DNA of 64,000 bases from Octopus sinensis (Eukaryota), in NCBI RefSeq assembly GCF_006345805.1, contig NC_043020.1, forward strand, positions 5,952,001-6,016,000. Reading direction: 5' to 3'. A model generated the notes under the pieces. It had not been told where the DNA came from. It was given only the letters and a program-made list of their open reading frames with translations, and did not search any database. Below, one piece after another: positions 51,215-62,575 of the stretch. How positions within the stretch are numbered: the stretch's first letter is position 1; each line of letters starts with the position of its first letter. The translations under genes and the position numbers were made by a program.

Positions 51215-52250
51215 TAAGTCGATTACATCGACCCCAGTGCGTAACTGGTACTTAATTTATCGACCCCGAAAGGATGAAAGGTAATTCAACCTCGGCGGAA
51301 TTTGAACTCAGAATGTAACAGCAGACGAAATACCGCTAAGCATTTCGCCCGGTATGCTAACGTTTCTTATTTCTTTATTGCCCACAGGGGGCTAAACATA
51401 GAGGGGACAAACAAGGAGAGACAAAGGGGTTAAGTCGATTACATCGACTCCAGTGCGTAACTGGTACTTAATTTATCGACCTCGAAAGGATGAAAGGCAA
51501 AGTCGACCTCGGCGGAATTTGAACTCAGAATGTAACAGCAGACGAAATACCGCTAAGCATTTCGGCCGGCATGCTAACGTTTCTTATTTCTTTATTGCCC
51601 ACAGGGGGCTAAACATAGAGGGGACAAACAAGGAGAGACAAGGGGTTAAGTCGATTACATCGACTCCAGTGCGTAACTGGTACTTAATTTATCGACCTCG
51701 AAAGGATGAAAGGCAAAGTCGACCTCGGCGGAATTTGAACTCAGAATGTAACAGCAGACGAAATACCGCTAAGCATTTCGGCCGGCATGCTAACGTTTCT
51801 TATTTCTTTATTGCCCACAGGGGGCTAAACATAGAGGGGACAAACAAGGAGAGACAAAGGGGTTAAGTCGATTACATCGACTCCAGTGCGTAACTGGTAC
51901 TTAATTTATCGACCTCGAAAGGATGAAAGGCAAAGTCGACCTCGGCGGAATTTGAACTCAGAATGTAACAGCAGACGAAATACCGCTAAGCATTTCGCCC
52001 GGCATGCTAACGTTTCTTATTTCTTTATTGCCCACAGGGGGCTAAACATAGAGGGGACAAACAAGGAGAGACAAAGGGGTTAAGTCGATTACATCGACCC
52101 CAGTTCGTAACTGGTACTTATTTAATCGACTTCGAAAGGATGAAAGGCAAAGTCGACCTCTGCTGAATTTGAACTCAGAACGTAACGGCAGACGATATAC
52201 CGCTAAGCACTTCGCCCGGCGTGCTAACCACTCTGCCAGCTCGCCGCTCT
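51215..52250 (-). repeat. Near-identical 216/217-bp tandem array of a family C SINE
   Basis: Unit starts (taagtcgattacatcgac) at 51215, 51431, 51647, 51864 and 52081. A more diverged copy precedes from about 51040. Confidence 0.9.
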
Positions 52251-52845
52251 CAATATTAGAGGAAATCTATCGCAGCAGCAGCAGAGAGAGAAAGCAAGAC
52301 GTATTTTGACCTTGTTGGGTCTTTTCAACGGTCGCGGCCAGCCATTCGCCCGGATAACAATTCATAGTCTCCGACACCCTCTATCAATTATCCTTGGATT
52401 GTTTCAGTCACTTGGCTGCGGCCATGCTGGAGTACTGCCTTGGAGAATTTTCAATCGAATGGATCGACCCAAGCACTAATTTTTTTTAAAGTCAAGTACT
52501 TATTCTATCAGTCTCCTTTGCCGAACCGCTAAGTTACGTGAACGTAAACAAATCAACACTGGTTTTCAAGCGGTGTTGGTGGGGGAGGGGCAGATACAAA
52601 CACACACATATACGACGGGTTTCAATCAGTTTCCGTCTACCAAATCCACCCACAAAGCTTTGATCGACCCAGGGCTATAGAAGACACTTGCCCAAGGTGC
52701 CACGCAGTGGGATTGAACCCAGAACCATGTGAATGGGAAGCAAAATTCTTACCACACAGCCTATTAAAACAGTGAGAGATAAGGAAAACGACATGTCACG
52801 TGTAATAATACAAAAAGTCTTTTGTCGATGGTGAGAAAACTCTCT

Positions 52846-53238
52846 TTACTCTTTTACTTGTTTTAGTCATTTGACTGTGGCCATGCTGGAGCACCGCCTT
52901 TAGTTGAGCAACTCGACCCTGGGACTTATTCTTTTGTAAACCCAGTACTTATTCTATCGGTCTCTTTTGTCGAACCGCTATGTAACAGGGACGTAAACAC
53001 ACCAGCATCGGTTGTCAAGCAGTGCTAGGGGGACAAACACAGACACACACATGCATATATATATACATATATACGACGGGCTTCTTTTCAGTTTCCGTCT
53101 ACCAAATCCACTCACAAGGCTTTGGTCGACTCGAGGCTATAGTAGAAGACACTTGCCCAAGGTTCCACGCAGTGGGACTGAACCCGGAACCATGTGGTTG
53201 GTAAACAAGCTACTTACCACACAGCCACTCCTGCGCCT
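52846..53238 (-). mobile_element. SINE family A
   Basis: Full-length match. An older copy precedes it at about 52400-52760. Confidence 0.8.
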
Positions 53239-53999
53239 AAACGTTGCATTTTATTTTTGAATCAGTTTTTTTTTTTCACCATTTCTGACTATAAACGGAT
53301 TTCAGCTTTGGCTGTTGGTGAGAAATGATATCTGAGTATCGAATAGAATGGCTTTAATGTACAAAAGATGTTCGCTTCATCCTGTACCAAATAAAACCCG
53401 GCCAGTTTGAATGAATCATTCCAGAGAAAAACATTTAAAAACGCAGAGATATAACCTTAACAAAAATAGTGTAAGAAGCACTGCTGACTCAGTAGAACGT
53501 GGTACTGACTTATAAAAACAGTTAATGTACTTCATAGAATATTGTATTTGCATCACAAAGTACCAAGTATCTACGAAATTGTATTGGGCAGTATAAAGGG
53601 AGATAATATAATACCAATATTTTTTTTAATATTTAACTGGTTTGTCTCCCTTGCAACACGTAAATGGTTCTCCGTCGGTTACAACGACAAGGATTCCGGT
53701 TGATATAACCAACGGAAAAGCCTGCTCGAGAAATTCTGTGGAGAGCCCAGTCACTTGATTGAGCACTCCACTGACACACGAACACTTTACGTAGATTTCA
53801 AAGAGATTCAGCTTGACACAACGTGGCAAGGCTTGCCCTTTGAATTGCGGGTACAACTCATTTTTGCCAGTTGAGTGAAATGGGAGCAACATGAAGTAAA
53901 GTGTATTGCTCAAGGACACAACGCGTCACCGGGAATTGAACTCACGACGTTACGATCGTCCTACCCACTAAGCCACGCGCCTTCACTAACTTTTACTTG

Positions 54000-54384
54000 G
54001 ATGGAAGCACTCCGTCGGTTACGACGACGAGGGTTCCGGTTGATCCGAATCAACGGAACAGCCTGCTCGTGAAATTAACGTGTAAGTGGCTGAGCACTCC
54101 ACAGACACGTGTACCCTTAACGTAGTTCTCGGGGATATTCAGCGTGACACAGAGAGTGACTAGGCCGGCCCCTTGAAATACAGGTACAACAGAAACAGGA
54201 AGTAAGAGTGAGAGAAAGTTGTGGTGAAAGAGTACAGCAGGGATCACCACCATCCCCTGCCAGAGCCTCGTGGAGCTTTTAGGTGTTTTCGCTCAATAAA
54301 CACTCACAACGCCCGGCCTGGGAATCGAAACCGCGATCCTACGACCGCGAGTCCGCTGCCCTAATCACTAGGTCATTGCGCCTC
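54000..54384 (-). mobile_element. SINE family B with TSD
   Basis: Reverse-complement copy. 15-bp TSD CACTAACTTTTACTT at 53984 and 54385. Confidence 0.85.
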
Positions 54385-54493
54385 CACTAACTTTTACTTA
54401 CTGACATGGGAAACAGACGAATTTTTTTTTTTTTTTCCAGAAATTTAAAATGAATAAAGACACAACATATCAACCATCGAGTGAAAATAGAAT

Positions 54494-54577
54494 TTTATTT
54501 GTTTTGAAAGCGAAAGAAGAATACAAAATTTCTTTCCTTTATTTGAGAGCAGAATTTTCCAGACAACACATTTTATT
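54494..54577 (-). terminator. Candidate polyadenylation signals for GST mu
   Basis: Three AATAAA hexamers on - (TTTATT on + at about 54572, 54538 and 54494), 200-280 bp past the stop codon. Which one is used cannot be told from sequence. Confidence 0.45.
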
Positions 54578-54776
54578 TAGGGTGGAGATATTTGGGAGAA
54601 AGAGAGAGAGAGTTAAGATATTAGAGAACAGACACAGCACCTCTCCTGTGATTCCGGATCTTTTTGGTTTGAACGGCCCAAAATTAAAAAGGTAGAAACC
54701 AAAAATGTCATCTCCACCAAAATATAAAATTGTATGGCTGAAATCTGGTCACAAAATTCAAAGAATTACGAAGAAT

Positions 54777-54971
54777 TTACTGGAAGTGAGCAACCTTATT
54801 GTTGATGGGAAGTTTCACATATTCCTTAGACTGATGATAAGCTTTGATCTTCGGAAGTTCTTCAAATCTTTTCAGGAAAGCGTTTAGTTTTGGATAATTC
54901 TCAAGAAGCTTGCAGTCAAATGCCTTATGTTGATCCAGGAGTTCATACATTGGGAAGTCTACAAAAGTCAC
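54777..54971 (-). CDS. GSTM: GST mu, last coding exon
   Basis: attccag| acceptor. Translates VTFVDFPMYELLDQHKAFDCKLLENYPKLNAFLKRFEELPKIKAYHQSKEYVKLPINNKVAHFQ*, a mu-class C-terminus. Confidence 0.95.
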   Translation of the reverse strand: MTFVDFPMYELLDQHKAFDCKLLENYPKLNAFLKRFEELPKIKAYHQSKEYVKLPINNKVAHFQ

Positions 54972-55056
54972 CTGGAATATTCACAGGGAAAAAAAATAAA
55001 ATTTAATTCTTTTAATGCATAATGAAGAAAATGTGGGTTTTCTCATACACATTTTA

Positions 55057-55106
<50 letters not shown>

Positions 55107-55110
<4 letters not shown>

Positions 55111-55338
55111 CATATATTATATATGAGGGAATATTATTCCAAACTTACAGGGAAAAATTCAATTTAGAAATACTAAATCAAATTTCACAAAATATAATAT
55201 ATATATATATATAAATATTAGAAAAAAACCACCTTTTATCAATTCAAAATGAATAATTAAATTATACCATTTAGAAAAATTACATATAGAAAGATTAAAT
55301 ATTGAATTAATAAAAGGTGTTTTTTTTTCTAATTTATA

Positions 55339-55374
<36 letters not shown>

Positions 55375-55810
55375 GGGAAGATTCTGTCAAGAAACACGTG
55401 TTGTCTTTAAAATGGAAAGTATGGGATTCTGAATAGATATAGTAAGTATCGTATTTAATGGCTCGATCGGGTATAATACCTTTCAATGTTGATTGAGGTG
55501 AGGGTGGCTCTATCTCAAAAACTACTTATATATATATATATAAATATTAGAAAAAAAACACCTTTTATCAATTCAAAATTAATAATTAAATTACACCATC
55601 TAGAAAATTACATATAATAGAAAAGTTAAAATTGAAATAACAATCAAAAAGTAAAGATTAAGTAAATTACAAAAATAATATAATGTATATAATAGGTAGA
55701 AAACGACACGCGTTTCGCTGCTATATTTAAGAAATGATTATAGTAGTAGAGAAATCATTTGCATATAAATAGTCGCTCATCAGGTTAAAAATATAATAGA
55801 ACAATTAATA
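55107..55810. mobile_element. Probable Penelope-like element remnant (AT-rich, partial direct repeat, hammerhead)
   Basis: About 85 bp at 55211-55295 is repeated at about 55540-55625 next to the hammerhead motif. PLE pseudo-LTRs typically carry both features. Confidence 0.45.
55702..55786 (-). ncRNA. Type-I hammerhead ribozyme motif with canonical core and long stem II, in the last GST-mu intron (sense)
   Basis: aac CUGAUGA gc...gc GAAAC GCGU GUC guu. All core nucleotides and the GUC triplet are present, with an inner 8-bp helix aaaugauu/aaucauuu. Stem I is only 3 bp. Confidence 0.65.
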
Positions 55811-55897
55811 AATATACTTTAATATATTTATATATATATAAATTCTTTTTTCTTGTAAGTTTGGATTTTATTCCCTCAAATAATAATTATATATATA

Positions 55898-55950
<53 letters not shown>

Positions 55951-56076
55951 ATATAATATATATATATATAAATATAATCAATCCAAACATGAACAAGCAA
56001 GAAAAAACAGCAACGCAAGGACGTGGAATAAGTACAGTGTTATTGGACGCTCAGGAAAGGGAAGAAAAGAAAGAGG

Positions 56077-56112
56077 ATTTCATGTTTCGAGCCGGAGCTC
56101 TTCATCAGAAAT
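56077..56112 (-). ncRNA. Minimal hammerhead-like motif with G at position 17
   Basis: auuu CUGAUGA A GAGC-uccg-GCUC GAAA CA U G aaau. Confidence 0.55.
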
Positions 56113-56575
56113 ATAGAAAAAGTCCAAAGAAGGGAAGATGGAGAAAGAAGATTGCCAACGATACACACGTGGTCACATATTGAAATGACCGGAAGGGAAT
56201 GGGTGAAGAAAAAGTTCTTTCAAAGACAGGAGAGTGCAAGAGAAGGAGGTATGTGTGGGTATGTGCGTGTGCTCAGGTCTGTGTGTGTGTGTAATGATAG
56301 CCCGTGTATGTGCATGTGTGTATGTGGTTGTGGCTGTTTATGTATGTGTGTTGGACTTAGTGTTGTTTAAGGTCATAGGAAGAATTTATAGTAAGAGTTT
56401 TGGTAGGAGTGTCTGTCTCTTGTGTGTCTACCTACACATGTGCATAGGAGAATGGTCAGTAGAAAGGTGTTTAACTAGTAGTTTGTGTGTGTACGTGTAT
56501 GTATATGTAGTGTGGTGTGTGTGTATGTATATGTGTACATGTGGGTACGTGTGTACACATGAGGTTGTGTCTAGA

Positions 56576-56634
<59 letters not shown>

Positions 56635-56640
56635 TTATAC

Positions 56641-56677
<37 letters not shown>

Positions 56678-57069
56678 CATATATATACACATGTGGAGGC
56701 GCAATGGCCCAGTGGTTAGGGCAGTGGACTCGTGGTTGTAGGATCGCGGTTTCGATTTCCAGACTGGGCGTTGTGAGTGTTTATTGAGCGAAAGCACCTA
56801 TAGCTCCACGAGGCTCCAGCAGGTGGTGATGGCGACCCCTGCTGTATTCTTTCACCACAACTTTCTCTCACTCTTTCTTCTGTTTGCCTGCTCGCTTAGC
56901 CAGCGGGGTGGCGTCATTTGAAGGCTAAAACAATGCGAACGCATTGTGACCAGCGATGTGTAGCAACATATGATAGCCTGGTCAGTCAAAAAAATATATA
57001 TATATATATACACACATACAAACATATATGTATATATATACACGTAAAAGCACCAAGCACATTACGTGG

Positions 57070-57875
57070 CACGTAAAAGCACCATCCGTTCGTGTTCGTT
57101 GCCAGCCTCGCCTGGCCCCGTGCCGGTGACACGTAAAAGCACCGTCCGTTCGTGGCCGTTTGCCAGCGGCATGTAAAAGCACCATCCGTCCGTGTCCGTT
57201 GCCAGCCTCGGCTGGCCCCCGTGCCGGTGACACGTAAAAGCACCGTCCATTCGTGGCCGTTTGCCAGCTCTGTCTGGCCCCGTGTCGGTGGCACATAAAA
57301 GCACCATCCGTTCGTGTCCGTTGCCAGCCTCGGCTGGCGCCCGTGCCGGTGACACGTAAAAGCACCGTCCGTTCGTGGCCGTTTGCCAGCGGCACGTAAA
57401 AGCACCATCCGTCCGTGTCCGTTGCCAGCCTCGGCTGGCCCCCGTGCCGGTGACACGTAAAAGCACCGTCCATTCGTGGCCGTTTGCCAGCTCTGTCTGG
57501 CCCCGTGTCGGTGGCACATAAAAGCACCATCCGTTCGTGTCCGTTGCCAGCCTCGGCTGGTGCCCGTGCCGGTGACACGTAAAAGCACCGTCCGTTCGTG
57601 GCCGTTTGCCAGCGGCACGTAAAAGCACCATCCGTTCGTGTTCGTTGCCAGCCTCGGCTGGTCCCCGTGCCGGTGACACATAAAAGCACCGTCCGTTCGT
57701 GGCCGTTTGCCAGCTCTGTCTGGCCCCATGTCGGTGGCACGTAAAAGCACCATCTGTTCGTGTCCGTTGCCAGCATCACCTGGCCCCGTGCCGGTGACAC
57801 GTAAAAGCACCATCTGTTCGTGGCCGTTCGCCAGCTCTGTCTGGCACCTGTGCAGGTGGCACATAAAAAACACCC
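57070..57875. repeat. GC-rich minisatellite with a 223-bp higher-order period, inside a family D repeat
   Basis: aaaagcacc recurs at spacings of 60,40,61,61,61,40,61,61,61,40,61,61,60. It is contiguous with the family D body at 57875-58045. Other family D copies lie at about 3490, 13250, 26293, 36710 and 63160. Confidence 0.9.
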
Positions 57876-58324
57876 ACTACACTTGCGGAGTGGTTGGCGT
57901 TAGGAAGGGCATCCAGCCGTAGAAACACTGCCAGATCTGACTGGGCCTGACGAAGCCTTCCAGCTTCACAGACCCCAGTTGACCCGTCCAACCCATGCTA
58001 GCATGGAAAGCGGACGCTAAATGATGATGATGATGATGATGATACAGACACACACGCACACACACACACATATACACAGACGTGCAGGAAGTAAATAGAC
58101 ATCTTTAATTTTCAAAATTTCTGATCTAAGCGTCTTAATATGAATTTAGATTAAACCTCTAACACTTACTGTGCACAGTTACTGCAAAAATAAATAATCA
58201 TATGACTGAAATCTCAAAACTAATCAGTTACTGCATAATTAATTAAAAACAGTGTTAATAAATAAGCATTATATTTGACTAAGTAATCTGAAAGCTAAAG
58301 GATTAATCAAAAGGATTAACTCAC

Positions 58325-58420
58325 CTTTTCACCACCAAACCAAGTATGTTTGCCCAAATATTTCTCAAAGTCTTGCAGTGATGTATGGACACTCTTCAGG
58401 TATTCTGGTTTATTTTTATC
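58325..58420 (-). CDS. GSTM: GST mu, exon equivalent to vertebrate exon 6 (96 bp)
   Basis: ctacag| ... |gtgagt. Translates DKNKPEYLKSVHTSLQDFEKYLGKHTWFGGEK. Confidence 0.95.
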
Positions 58421-58629
58421 CTGTAGATTAGAATACAGAACAAGGTAAAACGCTATAATTAAGGGGAAAATAACAAAGTTTATTTGAGTAATTGGTTTGG
58501 TCACTTATTACATGAATTGAAAGATTGCTTTGGTAAAAATAACTTTCAGTTTAGACATTAACAACCCTCCCATCTCCCTCAAATATTACTCCCACTTACT
58601 CATCTACGAGTGCTTTTTATTACCCTCAA

Positions 58630-59018
58630 GTGGAGGTGCAATGGCCCAGTGGTTAGGGCAGCGGACGCGCGGTCATAGGATTGCGGTTTCAATTCCCAGA
58701 CCGGGCGTTGTGAGTGTTTATTGAGCGAAAACACCTAAAAGCTCCACGAGCCTCCGGCAGGGATGGTGGTGATCCCTGCTGTACTCTTTCACCACAACTT
58801 TCTCTCACTCTACTCCTGTTTCTGTTTTGTTTATGTACCTGTATTTCAAGGGGCCGGCCTTGTCACTCTCTGTGTCACGCTGAATATCCCCAAGAACTAC
58901 GTTAAGGGTACACGTGTCTGTGGAGTGCTCAGCCACTTACACGTTAATTTCACGAGCAGGCTGTTCCGTTGATTCGGATTAACCGGAACCCTCATCGTCG
59001 TAACCGACGGAGTGCTTC
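58630..59018 (+). mobile_element. SINE family B in a GST-mu intron
   Basis: Near-identical to 24320-24701. Flanks attaccctcaa and attacactcaa. Confidence 0.85.
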
Positions 59019-59204
59019 CATTACACTCAAACTCATCTATGAGTGCTTTTTTTCTGTTCTCTTCTCATCTTCCAAGTTACTTGGTTACCTGACGTGTGGT
59101 GGTAGAATGGAAGAAAATAAAAACAGATATGCTAGTTCACCTCCAAGGGTTCATTTGATGCTGCCCCCAGAGGCAAACTAGCATATGATGAATCTACAGA
59201 TTAA

Positions 59205-59424
59205 CCCTTTAGTGTTTAAACCGGCCATATCCGGCCAAAATATTCTACCTGTTTTATGTTCAAACTAGTCAGATATGGTCATTCATAGCTACCTTATTGT
59301 GTCATTTTAAAAATAAAGAATCACATCATTGAAATCTCAAAGCCATGAAATGATGCAAGATTAATTTTACATGGTGTGAATACATAAGCATTACATTTTA
59401 CAGAATAATCTGAATGCTAAAGGG
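59205..59424. mobile_element. piggyBac-type MITE, same subfamily as 19549
   Basis: TTAA|CCCTTTAG...CTAAAGGG|TTAA, with an interior similar to 19549-19769. Confidence 0.8.
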
Positions 59425-59579
59425 TTAAAGTAGTAGAAAGGCCAGGAATCCTCAATGAAATCTATGATCTGTAGAACATATCCATTTGAAAGAACCTCCT
59501 GTACAGGTAACGGCTGTACTGTGTGTAGGATAAGCCCACAGGTAAACAGTAAACCAGAAATGTAGTTTATAGTATAAGG

Positions 59580-59780
59580 CAGTGCTTTTCAAACTTTTTG
59601 CTGGAGCAGAACCCCAAGGAAACATTCCACTGGCTCGAGGAACCCCTGTGCAATAATTTAATAAACTTATGCACACATATCTGGACAGGAGAATTAAAAA
59701 TTACTGCCGATTTTAGCAGTTTTGTAACTTCTTGCGGAACCCCTGGACTGTACTGGCGGAACCCTGGTTGAAAACCACAG
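59580..59780. mobile_element. hAT (Charlie-like) MITE
   Basis: TIR CAGTGCTTTTCAA / TTGAAAACCACAG. 8-bp TSD GTATAAGG at 59572-59579 and 59781-59788. Confidence 0.85.
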
Positions 59781-60448
59781 GTATAAGGTGTGCTGAGGGT
59801 TGGTACAGAAACAGGACAAAAACAAAAGGGGCCACAACTATCCAACATTCTGCCTAACAACCTCAGGTTTTTACCTGAAGTTCCAGCTGAACCCACATTG
59901 CGACAGGAGGCACAAAGAGGAGCAGCTCTGCCCAACCCCCTACTTTACCAGAAATTGTACAAAAGAGAAACCCAAACATACTGAAAGGTGGCAACCCAGC
60001 CTGGACTTAGCCTCAAAAGATGTGTGTATGTGTGTGGTAAGAAGCTTGCTTACAAACCACATGGTTCCAAGTTCAGTCCCACTGTGTGGCACCTTGGGCA
60101 AGTTTCTTCTTCTATAGCTTCGGGCCTTGTGAGTGGATTTGGTAGATGGAAACTGAAAGAAGCCTGTTGTATGTATGTATGTATGTGTGTGTATGTCTTT
60201 ATGTCTGTATTTATCCTTCACCACTGATTGACAACCAGTGATGTTGTGTTTATGTCCCTGTAACTTAGTGGTTCAGCAAAAGACATCGATAGAATAAGTA
60301 ACAGGCTTTAAAACAAAAAAAAAACAAAAATAAAACAAGAGTATTGGTGTCGATTTGTTTGACTAAAATTACTTCAAGGCAGTGCTCCAGCATGGCTGCA
60401 GTCTAATGACTGAATCAAGTAAAGAGATAAAAACATAATATATATATA

Positions 60449-60930
60449 GGCGCAGGAGTGGCTGTGTGGTAAGTAGCTTGTTTACCAACCACATGGTGCC
60501 GGGTTCAGTCCCACTTGTGAGTGGATTTAGTAGACAGAAACTGAAAGAAGCCCGTCGTATATACGTATATATATATAACGGGAAGCTTTATGAAAATAAA
60601 CAAAAGACGAAGGCAGGTGGAATACAAACAAACAATTGCTTTAGTATGGCACTCAGGAATATAATAAATAAAACAAGTCTTTTACGTTTCGAGCCTACGC
60701 TCTTCAACAGAAAGATACACGTATGTGTGTGTTTGTGTGTCTGTGCTTGTCCCTCTAGCATTGCTTGACAACCGATGCTGGTGTGTTTAGGTCCCCGTCA
60801 CTTAGCGGTTCGGCAAAAGAGACCGATAGAATAAGTACTGGGCTAACAAAGAATAAGTCCCAGGGTCGAGTTGCTCGATTAAAGGCGGTGCTCCAGCATG
60901 GCCGCAGTCAAAGTGACTGAAACAAGTCAA
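60449..60930 (+). mobile_element. SINE family A with an internal deletion and a Penelope-like fragment (about 60575-60720) in its microsatellite
   Basis: Head and tail intact, and the centre is interrupted by the segment carrying the 60678-60715 hammerhead motif. Confidence 0.75.
60678..60715 (-). ncRNA. Minimal hammerhead-like motif with an A6U variant
   Basis: ucuuu CUGUUGA A GAGC-guag-GCUC GAAA CG U A aaaga. Stem I has 5 bp, stem II 4 bp, an ACGU palindrome and a GUA triplet. Confidence 0.55.
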
Positions 60931-60942
60931 AAAAAACATAAA

Positions 60943-60973
<31 letters not shown>

Positions 60974-60988
60974 TTATGTATAACTCAC

Positions 60989-61089
60989 ATAATTGGGTCC
61001 ATAACAGAGACGAACAAACCCAATTCTGAAATCCATTGCTTGGTTCTCCATAACATCTACAAGTATCTTATCTTTTTCTGACTCGCCGA
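60989..61089 (-). CDS. GSTM: GST mu, exon equivalent to vertebrate exon 5 (101 bp)
   Basis: tttgtag| ... |gtgagt. Translates (L)GESEKDKILVDVMENQAMDFRIGFVRLCYGPNY, in phase with both neighbouring exons. Confidence 0.95.
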
Positions 61090-61406
61090 CTACAAAGAAA
61101 ACAAAGAGAATCACATTGTACATGGTGACTGATGATGTATAACAACGCTGAAATGCAGGAAGAATGTCATTCATAACATTCTTTAGTGCTCATTGCAAGT
61201 GGAGAGGCCTTGCTTACAGTGTAAAGCCAGAAAGAAAAATGGTGTGACCAGGCTCAAACTTCGATCACGTTACAACAATAGTGCCAACTATAAGCATGCA
61301 CGCGCAGAAGACAGTGTGACAATAATAAAGATATGTTATGGCGAAAGTGGGCCATAATTTTTGACTTACCCTCATATATATATATGCGCATATATATATA
61401 TATATA

Positions 61407-61796
61407 CTAGCAGTATCTCCCAGCGTTGCTCGCGTTTGTAAGGGAAATATCTATATAAGCATTTTTAGAGATGTAAAGTATAATAGCCATCTCAATATGG
61501 CTAACTACAAAGGGGGGTGTTACTGTAGCTTTTTACGTTCTGAGATTTAATAATACATTTTTAGAGAGTTACTTCCCTTATATAATAGCAAAAAAAAAAT
61601 GCATCAAAAATGGGAAAAAAAATGATGGTAAATTTTTTTTTTAAATCGTAGACTCACACTAATAACCAGAAGGGCTCGGTATGAATCACGACTATAAGAT
61701 ACCCGGTTTTGGTTAAACTGCACCGCAAAATGTGGGAGTAGTTAGGAATCTAAATCGTAGGAGACAGACACACAACTTCACTTTTATATATAAAGA
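61407..61796 (-). mobile_element. Complete non-autonomous Helitron (390 bp) in GST-mu intron
   Basis: On -, it starts TCTTTATATATAAAAG, ends with a degenerate GC hairpin (gcgagcaacgctggg) followed by CTAG, and sits between A and T with no TSD. Confidence 0.8.
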
Positions 61797-61851
61797 TATA
61801 TATATACACATACATACATCTAGATGTATATATTGTATACACATACATACA

Positions 61852-61916
<65 letters not shown>

Positions 61917-62206
61917 AATGTGTATATATACACAGACGCACACACATATACATACACACACATAAATATACATACATGCATGCATGCTTACATACAGAGA
62001 TACATCCATACATATATGTATATAGAGTGCATAGCTCAGATATCAAAGAGACTCTCCAGGTTAGGCCACTACTTCCCAATGGAGAGTTTCTCTATAACAG
62101 ACGTGTTGTCATAATGTTGCATGAAGGAATCACAAGATGGATTCTTGAAGCTGAGCCAACAGACAGGAGACTGAGGGGTAGATCCAGACGAAATAGTTAG
62201 AGAATA

Positions 62207-62575
62207 GGCGCAGGAGTGGCTGTGTGGTAAGTAGCTTGCTAACCAACCACATGCGTGGTATCTTGGGCAAGTGTCTTCTGCTATAGCCCCGGGCCGACCA
62301 ATGCCTTGTGAGTGGATTTGGTAGACGGAAACTGAAAGAAGCCTGTCGTATATATGTATATATATATATATATGTGTGTATGTGTGTGTGTTTGTCCCCC
62401 TAGCATTGCTTGACAAACGATGCTGGTGTGTTTACGTCCCCGTCACTTAGCAGTTCGGCAAAAGAGACGGATAGAATAAGTACTGGGCTTACAAAGAATA
62501 AGTCCCGGAGTCGATTTGCTCGACTAAAGGCGGTGCTCCAGCATGGCCGCAGTCATGTAAAAGAGTAAAAAGAGT
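62207..62575 (+). mobile_element. SINE family A
   Basis: Match to the family with a short internal deletion. Confidence 0.75.

Noticed and set aside
51453-52083. ORFs with a repeated 72-aa unit
   Set aside because: These are translations of tandem antisense SINE copies.
56982-57873. 205-295-aa ORFs in several - frames
   Set aside because: They are products of the GC-rich minisatellite, open in several frames at once with no domain signal.
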